From NCBI GenBank assembly GCA_963796055.1, contig CAWCKH010000002.1:160001-224000 (forward strand): a stretch of 64,000 nucleotides of DNA, in the 5' to 3' direction. This DNA is from an uncultured delta proteobacterium. Its GTDB lineage: Bacteria > Myxococcota > Myxococcia > Myxococcales > Myxococcaceae. The notes beneath the pieces are model-generated. The model was not told the DNA's origin. It was given only the letters and a program-made list of their open reading frames with translations, and did no database searches. Position numbers and translations under genes: made by a program. Every line of letters begins with the position of its first letter. Within the stretch, counting starts at the first letter, position 1. Shown here piece after piece: positions 58,576 to 64,000 of the stretch.

Positions 58576-59178
58576 ATGCGCGCAACGTCCGATCTCGATC
58601 CGGCGGAGGAGATGCTCGGCGAGGACCTCGCCCGGAACTGGTGGGCCTTCGCCCTCCGGGCCGTCCTTTCCCTCGCGGTTGGAGTCATCGCCCTCGTCCT
58701 GCCTGGCCCGACCCTCGCCGCGCTGGTGCTCCTCGTCGGAGCCTATCTGGTGGTGGAGGGAGTCCTGTCCCTGGTGGCCGCCCTGCGGGCGGCTCGGCGA
58801 AAGCGCAGGTGGGGAGCACTCGTGGCCAAGGGAGTCGTCGATCTGGCCGCGGGAGTCCTCACCTTCTTCCTGCCGGCGCTCACCTTGCTAGGCCTCGTCT
58901 ACCTGCTCGGCGTCTGGGCCGTCTTCACCGGCGTCCTGGAGATCATCGCCGGGACCGCCCTGACGCGCGGGGGAGCGCTGGCGATCATCGCCGGGGTCCT
59001 CTCCGTGCTCCTCGGGATCTTCATGTTCATCGTGCCCATCGCAGGCGCATTGGTCCTCGCCTTCTGGTTCGGGATCTACGAGCTCGCCTTCGGGGTCTCG
59101 ATGCTGATGCTTGCCGTTTCCCTTCGCCGCAGGGCACCGCAGAGCCGCCCGCTCCGGCCGGAGCCGCGTCATGCCTGA
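58576..59178 (+). CDS. HdeD/DUF308 family membrane protein
   Basis: NWWAFALRA, GVWAVFTGVLEI, AGVLSVLLG; 6 TM helices. Confidence 0.9.
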   Translation: MRATSDLDPAEEMLGEDLARNWWAFALRAVLSLAVGVIALVLPGPTLAALVLLVGAYLVVEGVLSLVAALRAARRKRRWGALVAKGVVDLAAGVLTFFLPALTLLGLVYLLGVWAVFTGVLEIIAGTALTRGGALAIIAGVLSVLLGIFMFIVPIAGALVLAFWFGIYELAFGVSMLMLAVSLRRRAPQSRPLRPEPRHA

Positions 59179-59773
59179 GGGCTCGCCTGGTGACCGCAAC
59201 CGCCGGGCCCGCACCGTGCTCATCGTCGACGATGATCTCGACGTACTGGAGGGCCTGGCGGAGATCGTCAGCGAGCACGAGCGCAGTCCCCTCGTGGCAA
59301 TGAACGGGCGTGACGCCCTGGAAGTTCTCTCCCGGGTGGACGGACCGTGTCTCATCCTCCTCGACCTGTTCATGCCGGTGATGGACGGGTTCCAGCTCCT
59401 CCGGGCGCTGGAGCGCTACCAGGCTCCGGAGGACTACCCGGTGGTGGTGATGACCGCCTCGAACGCGGCAACCCCGATTCACGCCAGTGTCGTGGCCCGG
59501 CTGAACAGGCCGTGCCCGCTGCAGGATCTCCTCTGGGTCCTGGACCATCTGGCGCCCTGGAACCGAGTGAGTCGCCGCATCGACGCGGACGGCTGGAATG
59601 AAGGAGACCCGCACGTCCCGGAGCCGCCCATCCGGACGGTAAGTCCAAGGAAGAACAACCCGGGATTTCAGTCAGGAGTCCGCTCAGGGCTCCCACGGGA
59701 CGCGGAGTGTGGCACGGGACCTCGATTCCCTGCGGAGTCAGGCCTCTGGCAGGCCCGTCGCCCGGGCCAGTGA
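59171..59773 (+). CDS. Response regulator receiver protein
   Basis: VLIVDDD, NGRDAL, LILLDLFMPVMDG, VVVMTA; the conserved KP reads RP. Confidence 0.8.
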   Translation: MPEGSPGDRNRRARTVLIVDDDLDVLEGLAEIVSEHERSPLVAMNGRDALEVLSRVDGPCLILLDLFMPVMDGFQLLRALERYQAPEDYPVVVMTASNAATPIHASVVARLNRPCPLQDLLWVLDHLAPWNRVSRRIDADGWNEGDPHVPEPPIRTVSPRKNNPGFQSGVRSGLPRDAECGTGPRFPAESGLWQARRPGQ

Positions 59774-59794
59774 GTTTCAGACGCTGGACGGCAC

Positions 59795-59995
59795 TCAGCA
59801 GAGGATGAGCTGCGGCGGGGAGGTGGCCGGGGCGAGGGGTAGTGGCCTGGAGGGGAGCCGGAGGTGCTCGAGGATGGCCCGGGGCAGTGGAGGAGTGTGA
59901 AGGAAGACGGCGACCACGCGGCGAGTGCTACCGCAGCGTGCGCAGTGGAGGACGTTGGCACCGAACGTCCTGCGGAGGAGCTCGGCCCAGGGGAC
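59795..59995 (-). pseudogene. IS91-family transposase 3' remnant, copy 3
   Basis: Minus strand AELLRRTFGANVLHCARCGSTRRVVAV..AILEHLRLPSRPLPLAPATSPPQL. Confidence 0.75.
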
Positions 59996-60169
59996 GGGGC
60001 ACCGGGGACGGTTCTCGCGGTGGAGGGTGAGGGCGGGGCGTCAGTGTGGCCCGAAGCACGGGGAACCGCCAGAACGACGCAGTGAGGTCCTCAGGATTCT
60101 CGCCTGCTGCCATGCTTCTCCACTCGCCGCGGCCGACTCCACCGCGTCTTAAGGGTGGCTTCAATTCGG

Positions 60170-60553
60170 AGGGGAGCGAGATACGTACAACTTCGTGCTG
60201 GGGGTGCTCCGCTCGGGCCTGCGCTGGCCCTATGGTGACAAGCGCTGCGTGGTGATGACCCATCGGCCGGCCGAGGGGCGACACGGAGAGACCGCGTTTT
60301 CTGGAAAGCCCGGGGCACTGCTCGAGGAGCTGGGCACGCAGGGCGCTCAACACGTCTACGTCGACGGCGGCGTGGTGAACCGCAGCTTCCTGGCCTGCAG
60401 GCTGCTCGATCAGATCACGGTGTCGGTGGTATCGGGACAGGGATTCCCCTCTTCGGCGGAGTCGCGCTCGAGTCGGGCCCGGTGCTCGAGCAGGCCACGT
60501 CGTTCGAGAATGGAATCGCCCAGCTGCGCTACCGGGTGCAAACCTCGCCCTGA
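60170..60553 (+). pseudogene. DHFR-family pseudogene (5'-truncated, frameshifted)
   Basis: TY..WPYGDK..HVYVDGG..LLDQITVSVV, then in a shifted frame GTGIPLFG..SFENGIAQLRY. Confidence 0.75.
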
Positions 60554-60581
60554 GTCGGACGCGGGGCTGGTGGTCAGCGCC

Positions 60582-61094
60582 TCAGCGAACCGGCTTCGCC
60601 GCGTCGGGCGGAGAAGGCCGGAGCCCCAGGCGCCGGCCCTCTCCGTTCCGGAGCAGCCAGTAGGTGACCCCCAGCGCCAGCAGTGCCACCGCGAGGCCGA
60701 GGATGGTCGAGGCCGGGACCAGGTTTAGGTCGAGGATGATGAACTTTCGCGTCAGGGCCAGCAGCGCGATCAGGATCACCGTCCTCACCTGGATGATCCC
60801 GTTGGGGCGCGCCGAGGCGTGGACGATGCTGTGGCTGAACTCGAGCGCGATGAGGACGGTCATGATCGCCCCGAACACCGTCTGGAAGACCTCGTGTTCG
60901 AGTGGGTTGAGTGCCTGGACCAGCAGGAGCCGGACCACATCGGAGACCAGCCGGAACGAGGCCACGCAGACGATGAGGCCGATCGTCGCCGCGAGCACCC
61001 AGGTGATGAGCTGCTCGAACCGGCCGTAGAGGGATAGTGCCCTCCACTCATCGCGGGTGATCTCCCAGCCCTGCCTAGGGCCCTCGCCGTTCAT
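60582..61094 (-). CDS. PsiE-family (phosphate-starvation-inducible) membrane protein
   Basis: FGAIMTVLIALEFSHS, LIALLALTRKFIILD. Confidence 0.85.
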   Translation of the reverse strand: MNGEGPRQGWEITRDEWRALSLYGRFEQLITWVLAATIGLIVCVASFRLVSDVVRLLLVQALNPLEHEVFQTVFGAIMTVLIALEFSHSIVHASARPNGIIQVRTVILIALLALTRKFIILDLNLVPASTILGLAVALLALGVTYWLLRNGEGRRLGLRPSPPDAAKPVR

Positions 61095-61210
61095 CGTCAG
61101 CGCACCCCTCCCCGCGACTGTGGCGTTTCCATCACTGATCCCCACTCGTTTCAAGTCCGCCGAAGCTGCTCTTTTCTGAAAAGCCTCACCGGGAGCAGAG
61201 TCGCCGCGCC

Positions 61211-62899
61211 ATGACTATGGCCCAGGCCGTCAGCGACGTCGTCCCGGACATTCCGCTGGACCGCCGGGAGATCGTCTACCCCAGGATGACTCCAGCGCAG
61301 CTGGCCCGGATAGCTTCCTACGGAGCCCGCCGGGAGGTTCGTGCCGGAGAAGAGGTCTACCGGCAGGGAGACGAGCACGTTCACCTCTTCGTCGTGGTGA
61401 AGGGACAGCTGGACGTCGTCAGGCCCGGCCTCGATGGCGAACAGCTCATCGTCACCTGCGAGCCAGGCGAGTTCACCGGGGAGGTCAACCTCCTCTCCGG
61501 ACGCCGTTCTCTGGTGACCGGGCGCATGCGAACCGATGGGGAGCTGCTGGACGTCCCGCCCCCGGGATTGCGGCGGCTGGTCGTCGCCGACGCGGAGCTG
61601 AGCGAGCTCCTGATGCGGACCTTCATCCTTCGCCGGGTCCTCCTCATCACCCGCCGGCTGGGAGACGTGGTGCTGGTGGGCTCACGGCGCAACCCCGGCA
61701 CGCTCCAGCTGATGGAATTCCTGACCCGGAACGGCCACCCCTACGGATACCTCGACGTGGAGGAGGATCCGGCCGCCCAGAGCCTCCTCGACCAGTTCGG
61801 AGTGACGTCGAAGAACATCCCGGTCCTGATCTGGCGCGGGACCCGGGCGCTGCGCAACCCCACCGACGAGGCGGTGGCAGATCTCCTGGGGTTCAATGCC
61901 GGAGTGGACGTCGCCGGGGTCCGGGACGTCCTGGTGGTTGGCGCCGGCCCGGCAGGCCTCTCCGCGGCGGTCTATGCGGCGAGCGAAGGGCTCCAGGTCC
62001 TGGTGGTGGAAGCGCACGCCCCGGGTGGCCAGGCAGGCTCGAGCTCCCGGATCGAGAACTACCTGGGCTTTCCCACGGGGATCTCCGGCACCGCGCTGGC
62101 GGAACGGGCCTTCACCCAAGCTCAGAAGTTCGGGGCGGACATCGGGATCTCCCGGGTGGCCGAGCACCTCGAATGCTCGGCGCGGCCCTACACCATCACC
62201 CTGAGGAACGGGGATCGCCTCAGGGCGCGCACCGTGATCGTGGCGTCCGGTGCGCGATACCGGAAGCTCGACCTCCCCCATCGCGAGCGGTTCGACAACG
62301 CCGGCATCTACTACGGAGCGACCTTCGTCGAGGCCCAGCTCTGCGCCGGCGAGGAGGTGGCGGTGGTCGGGGGCGGCAACTCGGCTGGCCAGGCCGCGGC
62401 GTACCTCGCCACCATCGCCCACCACGTGCACATGCTGGTCCGGGGCGAGAACCTGTCCCAGACCATGTCCCGCTATCTGATCGAGCGCATCGAGGAGGAC
62501 CCGCGCATCACCGTCCACACCTGCACGGTGATCGAGGCCCTCATCGGCGAGACGACCCTCGAGCGCGTCCGGTGGCGGAACTTGAAGACCGAAGAGGTCG
62601 AGGAACGCCCCATTCGCCTCGTCTTCTGCATGACCGGCGCGGAACCGAACACCGGCTGGCTCGCCGGCTGCGTGGCCATGGACGACAAGGGCTTCGTGAA
62701 GACCGGACATGATCTGAGGCCCGACGAGCTGGAGAAGGCAGCTTGGCCACTGGAGCGGGCGCCGTATCTCCTGGAGACCTCGCGGCCGGGAGTCTTCGCC
62801 GTCGGCGACGTCCGGTCGGGCAACGTCAAGCGGGTCGCCTCGGCCGTCGGCGAGGGCGGTATCTGCGTTCAGCTGGTCCACAAGGCCCTGCTCGGCTGA
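61211..62899 (+). CDS. cNMP-binding-domain thioredoxin-reductase-like FAD oxidoreductase
   Basis: cNMP domain (YRQGD..GEFTGE); GAGPAG, SSRIENYLGFP, GGGNSAGQ, GDVRSGNVKRVA. Confidence 0.9.
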   Translation: MTMAQAVSDVVPDIPLDRREIVYPRMTPAQLARIASYGARREVRAGEEVYRQGDEHVHLFVVVKGQLDVVRPGLDGEQLIVTCEPGEFTGEVNLLSGRRSLVTGRMRTDGELLDVPPPGLRRLVVADAELSELLMRTFILRRVLLITRRLGDVVLVGSRRNPGTLQLMEFLTRNGHPYGYLDVEEDPAAQSLLDQFGVTSKNIPVLIWRGTRALRNPTDEAVADLLGFNAGVDVAGVRDVLVVGAGPAGLSAAVYAASEGLQVLVVEAHAPGGQAGSSSRIENYLGFPTGISGTALAERAFTQAQKFGADIGISRVAEHLECSARPYTITLRNGDRLRARTVIVASGARYRKLDLPHRERFDNAGIYYGATFVEAQLCAGEEVAVVGGGNSAGQAAAYLATIAHHVHMLVRGENLSQTMSRYLIERIEEDPRITVHTCTVIEALIGETTLERVRWRNLKTEEVEERPIRLVFCMTGAEPNTGWLAGCVAMDDKGFVKTGHDLRPDELEKAAWPLERAPYLLETSRPGVFAVGDVRSGNVKRVASAVGEGGICVQLVHKALLG

Positions 62900-62954
62900 A
62901 CCGTCACTCCCCCGGAGAATCCCAGGGGGACGCCGGTGGAGCCGCGTCGCGCGG

Positions 62955-63086
62955 TCGCCGCTCTCCGTACGTCTTCTGCCACGACGACGGACGGCCCTAC
63001 ACGCACTCGAAAGTGAAGGACGTGGTGCCGAACGCCTGCCGCCGCGCGGGGCTGGGGAAACGGCTGACCACGCATGGACTTGATAA
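62955..63086 (+). pseudogene. Tyrosine integrase internal scrap
   Basis: SPYVFCHDDGRPYT..NACRRAGLGKRLTTHGL, truncated at the HxLR motif. Confidence 0.65.
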
Positions 63087-63402
63087 GTGACTTTCAGCTC
63101 CTGGCCATGAAGGAACGGTCGAGCATGTAACCGCCGGCCGTTCATCGATTCGAACGGGCGGGCAGCACGCGCTCAGACGTCGACGCTGGCGCTCAGCGAG
63201 AGGTGCGTGGGGCTGCCACCACGAAATAGCCGACGCCCGGAGGCCCCGGCGAGGCCCAGTAGCTCGCGCGTCCCTCTGTCGCCTGTACGAACAAGGCCGT
63301 GCGCAAGGACGGGCACGCGCTCGAGTGGACTGTTTCACCAGTGCTCGCTTTACAGCCGTCAGCAGCCGGGTGTACGGCCCCGCGGAACACCCGGGTGCGA
63401 CC

Positions 63403-64000
63403 TTGATCCCGATCCGCGACACGATCCCGCACCGCCGCGCCCCAGTGATGACCTGGGCAATCATCGCGGTGAACGCCCTGGTCTTCCTCTATGAGCTGAG
63501 CTTGTCGCCGGACCAGCTCGAGGCCCTCATCTACCGCTTCGGCATCGTTCCGGCCCGCTACGGCCACCCGGACTGGGCCAACTGGGCGGGCCTGCAGGTC
63601 GACGACTACTGGCCGTTCTTGACCTGCATGTTCCTGCACGGGGGCTGGGCGCACATCATCGGCAACATGTGGACGCTGTGGATCTTCGGAGACAACGTCG
63701 AGGACCTGATGGGCCCGGTGCGGTTCCTGTTCTTCTATCTGCTCGCCGGACTGGTGGCGGGGCTGACGCACTACTTCCTGAACCTCCAGTCGACGCTCCC
63801 GACCGTGGGCGCATCGGGTGCCATCGCCGGCGTGCTAGGCGCCTACTTCGTCCGCTTTCCGCGCTCGCAGATCATCGTGGTGCTGCCCATCCTCTTCTTC
63901 CCCTTCTTCTTCGAGGTTCCCGCTTTCCTGTATCTGTTCTTCTGGTTCCTCAGCCAGATCTTCGGCGGGACGCTTGCCGGCCTGTCGTCCTCGGAGGTGG
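63403..64000 (+). CDS. Rhomboid family protease (runs off the window end)
   Basis: (M)IPIRDTIP, MFLHGGWAHIIGNMWTLWIFGDNVED, VGASGAIAGVLGAY. Confidence 0.9.
   Translation, partial: MIPIRDTIPHRRAPVMTWAIIAVNALVFLYELSLSPDQLEALIYRFGIVPARYGHPDWANWAGLQVDDYWPFLTCMFLHGGWAHIIGNMWTLWIFGDNVEDLMGPVRFLFFYLLAGLVAGLTHYFLNLQSTLPTVGASGAIAGVLGAYFVRFPRSQIIVVLPILFFPFFFEVPAFLYLFFWFLSQIFGGTLAGLSSSEV

Overview
GC-rich bacterial DNA, probably Myxococcota: it has an RpoH-type sigma factor under a sigma54 promoter and many lipoproteins carrying DAG/DGG motifs. The window is accessory DNA with no core housekeeping genes, and it looks like an accretion hotspot anchored on tRNA-Met. (1) 1.0-7.4 kb: a tightly coupled 7-gene operon of acyl-CoA dehydrogenase, PhnD-like binding protein, TusA-like/radical SAM fusion, DoxX, GT2, DUF2064/TIGR04282-type transferase and GT87-like membrane transferase. 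The first three match the M. tuberculosis Rv1679-Rv1681 triad. This is the best candidate for an undescribed pathway. (2) 7-20 kb: ArsR-SRPBCC-DoxX-DUF1801 module, gene scraps, an orphan helical protein + PDZ protein pair, and a rhomboid. (3) 20-34 kb: receiver-TrxB-like protein, a copper module (frameshifted CopB-type ATPase plus Met/His/Gly-repeat periplasmic proteins), lipoproteins, then xis-int ending at a tRNA-Met att fragment. (4) 35-53 kb: giant beta-propeller/InlB-B-repeat/PKD lipoprotein and a wHTH-TPR regulator sharing a duplicated 11-bp-periodic operator, an intact IS3, IS21/IS3/IS91 scars, the sigma factor, a serine recombinase tail and a second tRNA-Met att. (5) 53-64 kb: general stress block (PRC-barrel, host-attachment, Hsp20, MocR, BON, HdeD, response regulator, PsiE, cNMP-TrxB-like, rhomboid). 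All family calls come from motifs recognised by eye; no searches were run.
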